Below, one piece after another: positions 18,690 to 28,687 of a DNA stretch of 32,890 bases (the first letter of the stretch is position 1; each line of letters starts with the position of its first letter). The notes beneath the pieces are model-generated. The model saw nothing but the letters and a program-made list of their open reading frames with translations, searched no databases and was not told the DNA's origin. A program made the translations under genes and the position numbers. This stretch comes from Campylobacterales bacterium (GTDB taxonomy: Bacteria > Campylobacterota > Campylobacteria > Campylobacterales > QNZT01), in the NCBI GenBank assembly GCA_027056215.1, contig JALULO010000143.1:1-32890 (forward strand). The letters are read 5' to 3'.

Positions 18690-19481
18690 TTACACATCCT
18701 CTGTCATAGGTTCTTTTAATGCAATCTTCTCAGATTGGTATTGCATCTTTTTTGTTAAATCTTTGACTATGCTCTCTTTATTGTCATTAACATATTCAAA
18801 ACGATACTGGCGAGTACTCTCATAAAAAGAAAATAATGTTTCAGAGAAAATAGCTTCTGTTTTTCTAAATCGTATGGCTGGAAATCTATGCATAAAATAT
18901 TGTACTACATTAGGTTGTGTTTCGATCATCTCCTCTGATGCAAAAACAATTGTATAAAACCCCGCATCATAAGCAGCATCAAAAAACTCTTTCATTCTTT
19001 TTGTCAAAGAGCTATCTTCCGGAAAATGATCCAGATGTATAAGCAGTAAATCGTATGGCTCTTTTTGCTCTGTATTTTGATTGTATTGACTGAGGGTTTT
19101 TTGATCCGAAGATAAAAGATCATGATAACGATGTAAAAGTGTTTTTTCAAGCTTGTTAAAATCCAAAATCGCATCTTCTAACGTCAAAGAGATATGATAC
19201 ACATCGTGCTCTTTAAATTCTGAAAGATAGGCAAAACGTTTTTTATAACTAAAATCAAATACATGCATATTTAATCCTGTATCAGAGGTGACTTCGCATA
19301 ATTTCAAAGCAACATTTTCTATAAAATTATTTGCATCAGACTCACTTTGTTCATCAAAGATTACACTAAATCCGCCTTTATTTGCCGATAATAGTAATGG
19401 TAATGCTATATGATCATCTAATAAATCACCAATATAAATACCCCATGGGAATGCATACTTCTTTTCTGCCATCTTAACCAA
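18690..19481 (-). CDS. Hypothetical protein resembling the degenerate N-terminal ATPase-like domain of FtsK/SpoIIIE (EssC-like) proteins
   Basis: 'NMHVFDFS', 'HRYHDLL...TLSQYNQNTEQKEPYDLLLIHLDHFPED...KRMKEFFDAAYDAGFYTIVF'; no Walker A. RBS AAGGAG; the start may be ATG 19472. Confidence 0.6.
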   Translation of the reverse strand: MVKMAEKKYAFPWGIYIGDLLDDHIALPLLLSANKGGFSVIFDEQSESDANNFIENVALKLCEVTSDTGLNMHVFDFSYKKRFAYLSEFKEHDVYHISLTLEDAILDFNKLEKTLLHRYHDLLSSDQKTLSQYNQNTEQKEPYDLLLIHLDHFPEDSSLTKRMKEFFDAAYDAGFYTIVFASEEMIETQPNVVQYFMHRFPAIRFRKTEAIFSETLFSFYESTRQYRFEYVNDNKESIVKDLTKKMQYQSEKIALKEPMTEDV

Positions 19482-19515
19482 TTCTCCTTGCCTATAAAAA
19501 TAGAATAGTACGTTT

Positions 19516-19540
19516 AAATCGGCATTTCAGAAAAATTTTA
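19516..19540 (-). promoter_or_regulatory. Candidate sigma28 (FliA) promoter for the FtsK-like/LRR pair
   Basis: Minus strand TAAA-atttttctgaaatgc-CGATTT (TAAA-N15-CGAT), about 35 nt upstream of the start. Confidence 0.55.
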
Positions 19541-19554
19541 AATAGCTAAAATAT

Positions 19555-20442
19555 CTAATGGGTTAAAAGATCTTTAAGACTTTGTTGTACATCTTTTCCT
19601 TCTAAGATAAGATAAATTTCTTGTGCGATTGGTGTATATATCTTCTCTTTTTGGACAATATTGTAAACAGCTTTAGTGGTATACACACCCTCTGCTACTT
19701 CACCAAGCTCTTCTAAGATTGTATCGAGATCTTTATGCGCCGCCAAACCAAGTCCAACTCTGTAGTTTCTTGACAGTACACTTGTTGCTGTCAAAAAAAG
19801 ATCACCTGCACCACTTAAACCCAAAAAAGTATCTTTTTTTGCACCAAAATGTGCACCAAAACGTGTCATCTCAACCAAGCCTCTGGCAATAAGCGAAGCT
19901 CTGGCATTGTTTCCAAGTTGCAAGCCATCACAAATACCACTGGCTATGGCTATAATATTTTTGTAGGCACCACTGATCTCCGCACCTACGGTATCAGAAG
20001 AAACGTAACTTTTTATAAAAGAGGGAAAAAAAGTTGCATATTGGTCTGCAAGTGTCTTATTTCCAGAACTAACCACTATAGCTGTTGGCAAAGATTGTAT
20101 CACCTCGGCAGCAAAAGAAGGGCCTGAAACAAACGCAAGATTTTCACGGGGGATAAACTCTTCAAAAACTTCATTTAAAAATTTTCCTGTAGCAATCTCT
20201 ATACCTTTTGATGCGATCAAAAACTTTTGCCCTGTAAATTGCAGTTGCTGTTCCAACCAAACTCTGGCATTTTGTGCTGATATCGCAAATACCAGATACT
20301 CAAGCTTTTGAATCTCCTCCATAGAAATAAAATTTGGCAATGCTTTTGTATGTCGTGAACTATAATAAACTTCATGATTTTGGCTAAATGCAAAGCCCAA
20401 AGCTTGCCCCCATTTTCCTGCACCGATTATACCTATCTTCAT
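19555..20442 (-). CDS. gpsA: NAD(P)H-dependent glycerol-3-phosphate dehydrogenase
   Basis: 'IIGAGKWG', 'SKGIE', 'SGPSFAAEV', 'KNIIAIASG', 'GAGDLFLT', 'SRNY', 'AEG'. Confidence 0.97.
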   Translation of the reverse strand: MKIGIIGAGKWGQALGFAFSQNHEVYYSSRHTKALPNFISMEEIQKLEYLVFAISAQNARVWLEQQLQFTGQKFLIASKGIEIATGKFLNEVFEEFIPRENLAFVSGPSFAAEVIQSLPTAIVVSSGNKTLADQYATFFPSFIKSYVSSDTVGAEISGAYKNIIAIASGICDGLQLGNNARASLIARGLVEMTRFGAHFGAKKDTFLGLSGAGDLFLTATSVLSRNYRVGLGLAAHKDLDTILEELGEVAEGVYTTKAVYNIVQKEKIYTPIAQEIYLILEGKDVQQSLKDLLTH

Positions 20443-21131
20443 GTGTATAGATCCTTTTTAAATTTTTCTATATTTTTTTCTTCTCCAATGATAACTAAAA
20501 TATCTCCTGCCTGAATTTTTCGACGTATCTTATAAGTATGAAATCTAAAACGAGATGTTCTTTTAGCACCTTGGATTCCCAATACCATCAAATCATAATT
20601 GGCTTCGATATGCGCATTAAACAGTGGAACGTTGATTAAAGAAGAGTTTTCAGGAATACTGAGTTCCACAATCTTAATCTGATTTTTTTGAAAAAGCATT
20701 TCATCTAAAATCCTATACACAACAGGCTTTTTTATCAATCTATATATTCGGTTTGCCCCTACGGTATAAGGATTGATATTTTTATTTGCTCCTGCAAGTA
20801 ACATCTTCTGCTCTTCTGCTTCATCAGCTGCTAAAGAGAGGATAAAGAGGGAAGCATCAAGTGCTCTTGCACTCAATGTTACAAAAAGATTTCTATTAGC
20901 ATCCTCGCTCACACAAAATAGTGCTTTTGTTCCTTTTGTGATACCATACTTGATCAACTCATCATCATTGTTATAATTGATATAATAGGCATCATATCCA
21001 TCTGCAATAGCGACATCTGTCATCTCTTGTTTTGTTGTTAATATGACAAATGGTTTATCATTTTTCTGTAACAAACAAGCAATCTCTTTTGCACTTTTAG
21101 AGTATCCAAATAGTATTATTTCATGCATCAT
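20439..21131 (-). CDS. Soluble RCK (TrkA-N + TrkA-C) potassium transport regulatory protein
   Basis: Rossmann-like start 'IILFGYS', 'NLFVTLSARAL', 'AGANKNINPY', TrkA-C 'AGDILVIIG'. No TM segments. Confidence 0.85.
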   Translation of the reverse strand: MMHEIILFGYSKSAKEIACLLQKNDKPFVILTTKQEMTDVAIADGYDAYYINYNNDDELIKYGITKGTKALFCVSEDANRNLFVTLSARALDASLFILSLAADEAEEQKMLLAGANKNINPYTVGANRIYRLIKKPVVYRILDEMLFQKNQIKIVELSIPENSSLINVPLFNAHIEANYDLMVLGIQGAKRTSRFRFHTYKIRRKIQAGDILVIIGEEKNIEKFKKDLYT

Positions 21132-22681
21132 TAGCCTTCATGCAGATGTAATTTAAATGCTGAGATATCCTCAATAGCACCAATCAGTAATAATATATCT
21201 TCACTCATGATAGTAAAATTATCTTTTCGAGGATGGAAATAAAACTTATTTTTCTCACTCTGACGTACAACACCCAGTAACTTAAGTCGATATTTTTTGA
21301 TACCAATACGTTTTAATGTTGCTCCATCAATATCCATCTCTCTGGTGATCTCAACTTCTTCGATAAGAGGTTCTATATATTCATGGAGTATTTCATCTAT
21401 CGCACTAAACGCAACAGGCTGACCTAGATGTTCATATGCAGCGATAGCTGCTGATTCATAAGGGAAGACAACATCTTTTGCACCTGCAATATGTAATTTT
21501 TCTCTAGCATTAATCTCAACAGCTCGTGAAAAAATCGTAATTTCAGGATATGTAGTTTTAACAGATAAGATGATCGAAAGATTGGTAGCATCATTATTAG
21601 TTAAAGCAACGATATAGTTAACCCTGTTTTCCATACGAAGCGACTTTAACAATCCTAAATCACTAGCATCGGCATGTAAAGCTAAAAAACCTTTTTGCTG
21701 TGCCTCAAAACATTCATCTTTATTTTGATCAATCAGTACAACATTTTCACCACTAAGTTGCAATTCAGCACTTAATACTTTCCCCATCTTTCCATATCCA
21801 CAAACCACGATAAATGATTTAAGTTTACCGATTTCATTAAATATCTGATTTGTTTTAATAATCTCCATTTTTTCAGTCATCGAGGTAGTAATAATAGAAG
21901 TCATAAAAGAGATAGAAGTAATACCTCCTATAATCAAAAAAATCGTTACAAAACGACCCTCAACAGTAACCGGAGATATATCACCAAAGCCAACTGTAGT
22001 GATTGTCACAACAGCCCAGTAAATAGCATCATAAAAACTATTAATATTGGGATTTGCCCCTGTTCCTTCAAAGATATAAATAACAGTAGAAGCAAAAAAT
22101 ACCATAAATGCAAAAAGGATGATCAAGCTAAAAAACTCAAAACGTTTTTCAACAAAAACTCTCAGCAGATCATTGATATTTTCAGTATAGCGAAATACTT
22201 TAAAAAGCCTGAACAATAATAAAAATCGTAAAAAACGTAAAAATCTAAAAGATGGTAAAATTGCCAGTAAATCGATAATAGACATAGGAGAAATAATAAA
22301 TTTAAACTTATGTAAGAATGCAGATTTACATAATTGCCATACATTTAAATTTATCTTTTTATATTCAGCATTTTCTTGTGTCTGAATGATATCTAAATGT
22401 GCATCACTAACCACCCATAAACGTGCCAACCACTCCAATGCAAATACTAAAACAGCAAATGCTTCATAAATATAGACCCATAAAGGTAATGTGTTTTTAA
22501 TCTCTAAAATCAAGATCATAATACTGCTCAAAACCAAAAAAATCATTGTATAATCAAAGTATTTTTTTTCTATGGCACTGCTGTCATTTAAAACTGTATT
22601 AACTCTTTTTTTCAGATATTTATACTTTTTTGAGGCTGCCAACTTATAAGCATATGCCAGTAGCCTCTCTTTTAGTATCAT
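21131..22681 (-). CDS. Six-TM potassium channel with voltage-sensor-like S4 and C-terminal RCK domains
   Basis: S4 'FRFLRFLRFLLLFRLFKVFRY', filter 'TITTVGFGD', RCK 'VVCGYGKMG'. Confidence 0.93.
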   Translation of the reverse strand: MILKERLLAYAYKLAASKKYKYLKKRVNTVLNDSSAIEKKYFDYTMIFLVLSSIMILILEIKNTLPLWVYIYEAFAVLVFALEWLARLWVVSDAHLDIIQTQENAEYKKINLNVWQLCKSAFLHKFKFIISPMSIIDLLAILPSFRFLRFLRFLLLFRLFKVFRYTENINDLLRVFVEKRFEFFSLIILFAFMVFFASTVIYIFEGTGANPNINSFYDAIYWAVVTITTVGFGDISPVTVEGRFVTIFLIIGGITSISFMTSIITTSMTEKMEIIKTNQIFNEIGKLKSFIVVCGYGKMGKVLSAELQLSGENVVLIDQNKDECFEAQQKGFLALHADASDLGLLKSLRMENRVNYIVALTNNDATNLSIILSVKTTYPEITIFSRAVEINAREKLHIAGAKDVVFPYESAAIAAYEHLGQPVAFSAIDEILHEYIEPLIEEVEITREMDIDGATLKRIGIKKYRLKLLGVVRQSEKNKFYFHPRKDNFTIMSEDILLLIGAIEDISAFKLHLHEG

Positions 22682-22682
22682 G

Positions 22683-24110
22683 TTAGCTAGATAACTTCTC
22701 TTTTATAAGTTTATTGACTAATCCTGGATTTGCAGTTCCTTTACTGGCTTTCATCACTTGTCCAACAAAAAATCCAAATAATTTATCTTTTCCACTTCTG
22801 TATTGCTCTACTTTATCTTCATTGGCATTTAAGATTTCATCAATCATACTCAGTAAAGCACCTTCATCACTAACTTGTTTAAGACCAAGCTCTTCAATCA
22901 CGACATCGACTTCTTTATCGTGTTCCATCAGATAATCTAGCACTTCTTTGGCTGCTTTACCACTAATACTATTATCTTCAATACGTTTTACAACAGTTGC
23001 AAGTTTCACAGCATCAACCGGAGAAGTTGTAATTGTCATACCACCTTTTAAACGTCCTTGTAACTCAACTGTAAGCCATGATACAGCATTTTTAGCACTA
23101 GCTCCCTCACTAATCATCGCTTCAAAATAGTGCGCCATATCAGCAGAAGAAGTAATGACTGCTGCATCATAAGATTTAATCCCATGTTTTTCTATCAATC
23201 TTGCCTTTTTCTCATCAGGTAGTTCAGGAATCTTTTTCCCCTCTTCCATCATTGTATCGGTTAAGATTACAGGAAGCAAATCAGGATCTGGGAAGTAACG
23301 ATACTCTGCACTATCTTCTTTACCACGCATACTTTTGGTTTCACCTGTGAGAGTATTAAAAAGTCTTGTTTCCTGATAAACTTCATCATCATAGATATCA
23401 TCTTCCCAAGCATCACACTGTCTCTCAAATTCATACTCTATCGCCTTTTGGATAAAACGAAATGAGTTCATGTTCTTGATCTCGACTCTGGTATAAAGTT
23501 TCTCATCGCCTTTTGGACGGATAGAAATATTAACATCACATCTAAAAGATCCCTCCTGCATATTGGCATCACTGATATCAAGATAACGTACGATTGCGTG
23601 TAACTTTTTAAGATATAAAATTGCCTCTTGTGCACTACGCATATCAGGTTCACTGACAATCTCAAGTAGTGGTGTTCCTGCACGATTTAAATCAACATGA
23701 CTCACATCTCCATGATGAATACTTTTACCAGCATCCTCTTCAAGATGCGCTCTTGTAATACCTATCTTTTTTGATGAACCATCTTCAAAATCGATATATA
23801 ACTCCCCACCTTCAACGATAGGAATCTCAAATTGACTGATTTGATACCCTTTTGGTAGATCAGGATAAAAATAATTTTTACGATTAAAAATAGACTTTTT
23901 ATGTACCATAGCGTTGACAGAATTACCAAAGAAAATCGCTTTTTTAACAGCTTCCACATTTAAAACAGGAAGTGCTCCGGGAAGCGCTAGGCAAACTGGA
24001 CAAACATTGGTATTGGGTGCTTCGCCAAAAGAGGTTGCACAAGAACAGAAAATTTTTGTTTTTGTATTGAGTTGGATGTGTACTTCTAATCCAATCACCA
24101 TTTCAAACAT
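22683..24110 (-). CDS. gatB: Asp/Glu-tRNA amidotransferase subunit B
   Basis: 'IGLEVHIQL', '[17 protein letters not shown]', 'HLEEDAGK', 'YRYFPDPDL', 'GFFVGQVMK'. Confidence 0.98.
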   Translation of the reverse strand: MFEMVIGLEVHIQLNTKTKIFCSCATSFGEAPNTNVCPVCLALPGALPVLNVEAVKKAIFFGNSVNAMVHKKSIFNRKNYFYPDLPKGYQISQFEIPIVEGGELYIDFEDGSSKKIGITRAHLEEDAGKSIHHGDVSHVDLNRAGTPLLEIVSEPDMRSAQEAILYLKKLHAIVRYLDISDANMQEGSFRCDVNISIRPKGDEKLYTRVEIKNMNSFRFIQKAIEYEFERQCDAWEDDIYDDEVYQETRLFNTLTGETKSMRGKEDSAEYRYFPDPDLLPVILTDTMMEEGKKIPELPDEKKARLIEKHGIKSYDAAVITSSADMAHYFEAMISEGASAKNAVSWLTVELQGRLKGGMTITTSPVDAVKLATVVKRIEDNSISGKAAKEVLDYLMEHDKEVDVVIEELGLKQVSDEGALLSMIDEILNANEDKVEQYRSGKDKLFGFFVGQVMKASKGTANPGLVNKLIKEKLSS

Positions 24111-24185
24111 AGATAACCTTTTATAGTAAATATAGTTCTATTTTACAATGTATTGGCTTAATGGATTATATTTATCTGAATCAGT

Positions 24186-25451
24186 TTAGCGTACACTCAC
24201 AACACAATTTTTACCACTATCTTTTGCCTCATACAACTTCGTATCAACACTATGCATAAATGTTTCAATGCTCTGATGTTTTTTATACTCAGAAATTCCA
24301 AAGCTACATGTAAATTTTGGTGCTCCACTTATTTCAAGTGCTTCTATTTTAGCACGCAGTTTTTGAGCGATTTTAACACCTGTAACTAGTTTTGTATGTG
24401 GCAATATGACAACAAATTCTTCACCTCCCCAACGTGCAATCGTATCACTCTTACGAATATTATTTTGTACACATGATGCCAACTCTTTCAAAACAAGATC
24501 ACCAACAATATGACCATAAACATCATTGACTTTTTTAAAATTATCTACATCAAACATGATAAGACAAAAGTTATTTTTATAACGATTTGAAAGATCAATC
24601 TGCTTTTCAAGAATCGTTTCAAATTTTAAACGATTGGCAACTTGTGTCAATGGATCTGTTGTTGCTTCACTGACCAGTGTTCTTCGTTCATGTTCCATGT
24701 CGCTAACATCTGAAAAAGTTATAACAACACGATAAATACCATGCAATGTTGTTAGTTTCGCATCAACGATAAAAATATAATCTTCATCATTTTTAGTTAT
24801 TTTAACCTTATGCGTATGTAAAGGATTCCTTTGTACATACGTTACCCAACTAACATTATCTACCATTTGTCCTAAATAATTTTCTTGCTCATCTTGTTCA
24901 AAAAATTCACTGATACACCCATGTTGAACTTTGAAAGCATCTAAAGAATCTACATTAAAAAATTCTAAAAAAGCGCGATTTACTTTTAAAAGTTCATCGT
25001 GAGAACGCGTTATAATCATATTGCTCTGAGCATCGATGATAGTCTGTAACTGTTGTTCATTGAAGATAATTTTCTCTATCAATGGATTAACCAGATTTGC
25101 CAAATTACTAAATTCGTGAAAACGAAATTCTGAGGGATCCATCATCTGACGTTTTTGCAAAGCTTCCATAAAACGAAGATGAAATCTCTTAAAACTACGT
25201 TTTAATTGTACAGAGATAAATTTTGCTAAAACACCAATCATAAAAAAGCCAAAAACAACTAATATAAGCATCTGCGGTGCAGGTAAATATTTTAAATAAT
25301 TATAAAATGATATTTCATGAGATAACCCCAATGATTTATACTCAATAAAATATTGCAATAACCACAAAGTAGTCAGCATAACAGTGAAAAATACAGCTGT
25401 CATTGAAAGTGAAATCATGACAGTACCAAATAACGTTCTTTTTTCTTTCAT
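24186..25451 (-). CDS. Membrane-anchored diguanylate cyclase (2 TM, PAS-like, GGDEF)
   Basis: 'TDPLTQVANR', 'DVDNFKKVNDVYGH..GD', I-site 'RKSD' and active site 'RWGGEEF'. Confidence 0.93.
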   Translation of the reverse strand: MKEKRTLFGTVMISLSMTAVFFTVMLTTLWLLQYFIEYKSLGLSHEISFYNYLKYLPAPQMLILVVFGFFMIGVLAKFISVQLKRSFKRFHLRFMEALQKRQMMDPSEFRFHEFSNLANLVNPLIEKIIFNEQQLQTIIDAQSNMIITRSHDELLKVNRAFLEFFNVDSLDAFKVQHGCISEFFEQDEQENYLGQMVDNVSWVTYVQRNPLHTHKVKITKNDEDYIFIVDAKLTTLHGIYRVVITFSDVSDMEHERRTLVSEATTDPLTQVANRLKFETILEKQIDLSNRYKNNFCLIMFDVDNFKKVNDVYGHIVGDLVLKELASCVQNNIRKSDTIARWGGEEFVVILPHTKLVTGVKIAQKLRAKIEALEISGAPKFTCSFGISEYKKHQSIETFMHSVDTKLYEAKDSGKNCVVSVR

Positions 25452-25462
25452 GGGGAAACCTA

Positions 25463-25508
25463 ATTTAATATATTAAATATATTATATCAGAAATTTAATA
25501 TATTTAAT
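25463..25508 (-). promoter_or_regulatory. Extended -10 promoter of the diguanylate cyclase, flanked by two palindromic boxes
   Basis: TGATATAAT on the minus strand (25489-25481). ATTTAATATATTAAAT at 25463-25478 and ATTTAATATATTTAAT at 25493-25508. Confidence 0.55.
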
Positions 25509-25514
25509 TAATAA

Positions 25515-26066
25515 TTAGTAAATAAAATAACGAATAGATGCATAACCGTATACTTCGGTCTCTTTGACGTATTCAATGTGTGCAGTAGATATGATACCGC
25601 CAAGTGCAAAAACTCTTATTGATGTAGATTGTACAACCTCTTTCAAAAAGCCTATACCTTTTGGTTTACCCTTGTTCGGAGAAGCGAAAATGGGACTTAT
25701 GGTAACAGCATCAGCTCCCAATATCTGTGCCTTTGCAACTTCTTCAAGAGTATGTGTGCTTATAATCACAAAAAGATTTTTTCTTTTAGCTTTGCCAATC
25801 AAATCCATTTGATCAGAAGTGAGATGGATTCCATCAAAACCCAAGTTTTGGGCTATAGCTATTTCTTTGTTTATTAAAATACAAGAAATTTTATATCTTT
25901 TTGCATAATCCAAAAAGATTTTGGCATATGAAGCACTATCCATAGAAACTTTATCTCGAAAACATGCGTAATCTATTGTATTTTTCGAAAATACGTTTTG
26001 AAGATAAATTTTAAAGGTTTCTATATCATGATAATAGGAAGGATCAGATATAAAATAAGCCTTCAT
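25515..26066 (-). CDS. Thiamine-phosphate synthase / TenI-like protein
   Basis: 'FRDK', 'DGIHLTS', 'ISTHTLEE', 'SPIFASPNK', 'FALGGI'. Confidence 0.85.
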   Translation of the reverse strand: MKAYFISDPSYYHDIETFKIYLQNVFSKNTIDYACFRDKVSMDSASYAKIFLDYAKRYKISCILINKEIAIAQNLGFDGIHLTSDQMDLIGKAKRKNLFVIISTHTLEEVAKAQILGADAVTISPIFASPNKGKPKGIGFLKEVVQSTSIRVFALGGIISTAHIEYVKETEVYGYASIRYFIY

Positions 26067-26083
26067 ACTTAATTCTTTAGATT

Positions 26084-26389
26084 TTAATGTGTTGAAGAAT
26101 GATTATCCCGATCAGATTGATGTTTGTGACTATTTTGTATGGCTGATAGCATTTTTTGTAAAAGAATTGTTTGCTTCTGCTTTTCGCGATAAACTTCCAA
26201 CTTTAAACTAGCCATTTCAAAAAATATAACCATAAACAAGCCAATACTCGCGCCAAAAAAAGCACCAATTAATGCCATAATCAACCCAAAAGGATAAAAA
26301 AGCGTAAAGAAAAGATACGCTCCTATGATAACGGCAGCCCAAGAGGCTCCCTGCATAAAACTAAGTATTTTAACGTAGTTCTTATTCAT
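26084..26389 (-). CDS. Small two-TM hypothetical membrane protein
   Basis: Two hydrophobic helices then a coiled segment; starts 3 nt after the atpB stop. Confidence 0.75.
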   Translation of the reverse strand: MNKNYVKILSFMQGASWAAVIIGAYLFFTLFYPFGLIMALIGAFFGASIGLFMVIFFEMASLKLEVYREKQKQTILLQKMLSAIQNSHKHQSDRDNHSSTH

Positions 26390-26392
26390 ATA

Positions 26393-27073
26393 TTAAAGTG
26401 TTTCATCACTTAACGTAACTGCACCAGCCAAATATACATACGTTAAAATCATAAAAATAAATGCTTGAAGCAATGCTGAAAATGTAAGTAGTGCAAATGG
26501 CGCTAATGGTGCGATAAAAGGCGCTAACATAAGGATAACAGCTAAAAACAGATCATCACCTTTGATATTTCCAAAAAGTCTGAACGAAAGTGAAATAATT
26601 CTAGATAAATGAGAAACGATTTCAATAGGAAACATTAATGGTGCCAATAGCTTTTCAGGCCCCATAAAATGTGCAAAATAGTGAATAACACCATTTTTTC
26701 TGATTCCCTCAAAGTTATAGTATACAAACACAATCAATGCCAACGCCAATGTAAAGTTGATATTACTTGTTGGAGATTCAAAACCAGGAATAATTCCAAT
26801 CAAGTTAGCAACCAATACAACAAGACCGATTGTTGCTACCAAAGGAAGGTATTTTCTGGCTAAATCTTCGCCAATAACATCTTTTCCCATTGTAATAACA
26901 CCACCAAGATAACTCTCGGCAACATTTTGTGCGCCTTGTGGAACAATTTGCATCGCACTGATAGCAGACTTTGCGAACCAAAGTACTAACGCAGCAACAA
27001 AAAGTGTATGTATCACAATCAAAAAAGTGTGATTTTCCCAAAGTAAACCAAAAAAAGTAAAAACTTCATTCAC
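26393..27073 (-). CDS. atpB: F0F1 ATP synthase subunit a
   Basis: 'PTSNINFT', '[22 protein letters not shown]', '[14 protein letters not shown]'. GTG start with RBS AAGGA. Confidence 0.97.
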   Translation of the reverse strand: MNEVFTFFGLLWENHTFLIVIHTLFVAALVLWFAKSAISAMQIVPQGAQNVAESYLGGVITMGKDVIGEDLARKYLPLVATIGLVVLVANLIGIIPGFESPTSNINFTLALALIVFVYYNFEGIRKNGVIHYFAHFMGPEKLLAPLMFPIEIVSHLSRIISLSFRLFGNIKGDDLFLAVILMLAPFIAPLAPFALLTFSALLQAFIFMILTYVYLAGAVTLSDETL

Positions 27074-27121
27074 GGACAGATCCTTTTAAAGCATATAATT
27101 TGATGGGATTTTACTCAAATT

Positions 27122-27883
27122 TCATTTAAGTGTAGCTAAAATCTTCTCTTGACCAATACGATAAAGTGCAAAATCATACTTAACAGGATCATCAACATCA
27201 AACTGTTTTAACGTTTGTGTAAGTAAAATAACTGCTTTAAGGTCATAACTTTTACGTTTCAATAGACCAAGTTTTTGTGCTACTTTAAACGTATGTGTAT
27301 CTAAAGGGATCAAAAGATCTTTTTTCTCTACACTATGCCAAAGTCCCATATCTAAGCTATCTTTACGAACCATCCAACGTAAAAACATATTCCAACGTTT
27401 GTACGTTGATGTCGTATTGTGTACGGGTGGTCTTCCAATCAAAAAATGATATCCTCTACTTTTATAATCATATAAATTTTCAAGCCATGATATCAGTGCA
27501 TACAAGCCATCCAAAATAGAATTTTCAAGCCTATAACCTTGAGAAAAAATATTTTCTAAACTATCTTCTGATTTTGCTCTTCTTAACATGATAAAAAGTC
27601 CAATAACATCACGAGAATTTTGAAAACGATAATAATGCTTCTGAAATTTTCTTTTAATCTCTTCTTCACTCTTTGTTAACAAAGAAAAGTCTAAACTCTG
27701 CAAAAATTTTACAATCAATCTAGCATTTCCATAAGCAAACAGTGCACAAATCAAAGCAATGTATTCATCTCTATACTCCCGTGCTACCAAGAGTGGATCA
27801 GGTTTAGCTATGCTAAGTTCACTGACAACATCTCGTTTCACTACTTCACACTCAAGAAGTTTAAAAACTTCTGATTCTCTCAA
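27122..27883 (-). CDS. TIGR02757/DUF2400 family protein
   Basis: 'ALFAYGN', 'KRWNMFLRWMVRKD..DMGLW', 'IPLDTHT', 'DPVKYDFALY'. Confidence 0.9.
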   Translation of the reverse strand: MRESEVFKLLECEVVKRDVVSELSIAKPDPLLVAREYRDEYIALICALFAYGNARLIVKFLQSLDFSLLTKSEEEIKRKFQKHYYRFQNSRDVIGLFIMLRRAKSEDSLENIFSQGYRLENSILDGLYALISWLENLYDYKSRGYHFLIGRPPVHNTTSTYKRWNMFLRWMVRKDSLDMGLWHSVEKKDLLIPLDTHTFKVAQKLGLLKRKSYDLKAVILLTQTLKQFDVDDPVKYDFALYRIGQEKILATLK

Positions 27884-28687
27884 CTATAAAACCTTCTCTT
27901 TTTCATTTGTTTTACTTTGCAAATAATCTGAAATATTGACCAACGAGTAAATCACCAAAAATATCATCAAACCAGGAAAGAAACTAAGCCACCAAGCAAT
28001 ATCTACAACCCCTTTACCCTCACTTAAAATACTACCCCAGCTAATCTGTGGAGGCATAATACCTATGCCCAAAAAGCTCAAACCACTTTCCGCCAAAATC
28101 GCACCGCCAACACCAAAGGTAAACGAGATAAAAAAGATTGGTGCTAAAAGTGGTGTAAAATATTTAAGGATGATTTTTAGACGACTCACACCTGAAGCTT
28201 TTAAAACTTTGATATAGGGCTTGGAAGAGATAGCAAAACTCTCACTACGAATCAACCTCGCCATCCCCATCCAGCCAGTTACCGAGATAATCAAGATCAA
28301 AACCCAAACAGATGCATTCATATAACTGATAAGAGCCAATAAAAGGAAAAAAGTTGGAAAAGTTAAAAATAGATCAATCATGATCACAATCAACTTGTCT
28401 GTCGTACCTTTGAAAAATCCCGAACTAACACCTATCACCAAACCTAAAAAACTAGCAATCAATGCTGAACCTACACCTATACTTAAAGAGATCTTTCCAC
28501 CCTCGATAATACGTGCTAAAAGATCCCTTCCCAACCTATCCGTACCAAAAATATGTTCAGAGGAAGGAGGCAAAAGGATAGCCGTTTTATCAAGCAAATA
28601 AGGAGAATGACTATAAACCAATTCTCCAAAAAAAGAGATGAGTATTATCAATACTAAAATAACAATACTATTATATGGCACACGCAT
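27884..28687 (-). CDS. Peptide/nickel ABC transporter permease (DppC/OppC family)
   Basis: 'HIFGTDRLGRDLLAR', 'ILAESGLSFLGIG..PP..SWG', 'WWLSFFPG'. Start moved to ATG 28687 because of the TGATG overlap with the dgkA stop. Confidence 0.92.
   Translation of the reverse strand: MRVPYNSIVILVLIILISFFGELVYSHSPYLLDKTAILLPPSSEHIFGTDRLGRDLLARIIEGGKISLSIGVGSALIASFLGLVIGVSSGFFKGTTDKLIVIMIDLFLTFPTFFLLLALISYMNASVWVLILIISVTGWMGMARLIRSESFAISSKPYIKVLKASGVSRLKIILKYFTPLLAPIFFISFTFGVGGAILAESGLSFLGIGIMPPQISWGSILSEGKGVVDIAWWLSFFPGLMIFLVIYSLVNISDYLQSKTNEKEKVL

Noticed and set aside
26393-28687. atpB and an OppC-like permease separated from their operons
   Set aside because: Split atp and ABC operons are usual in Campylobacterota.
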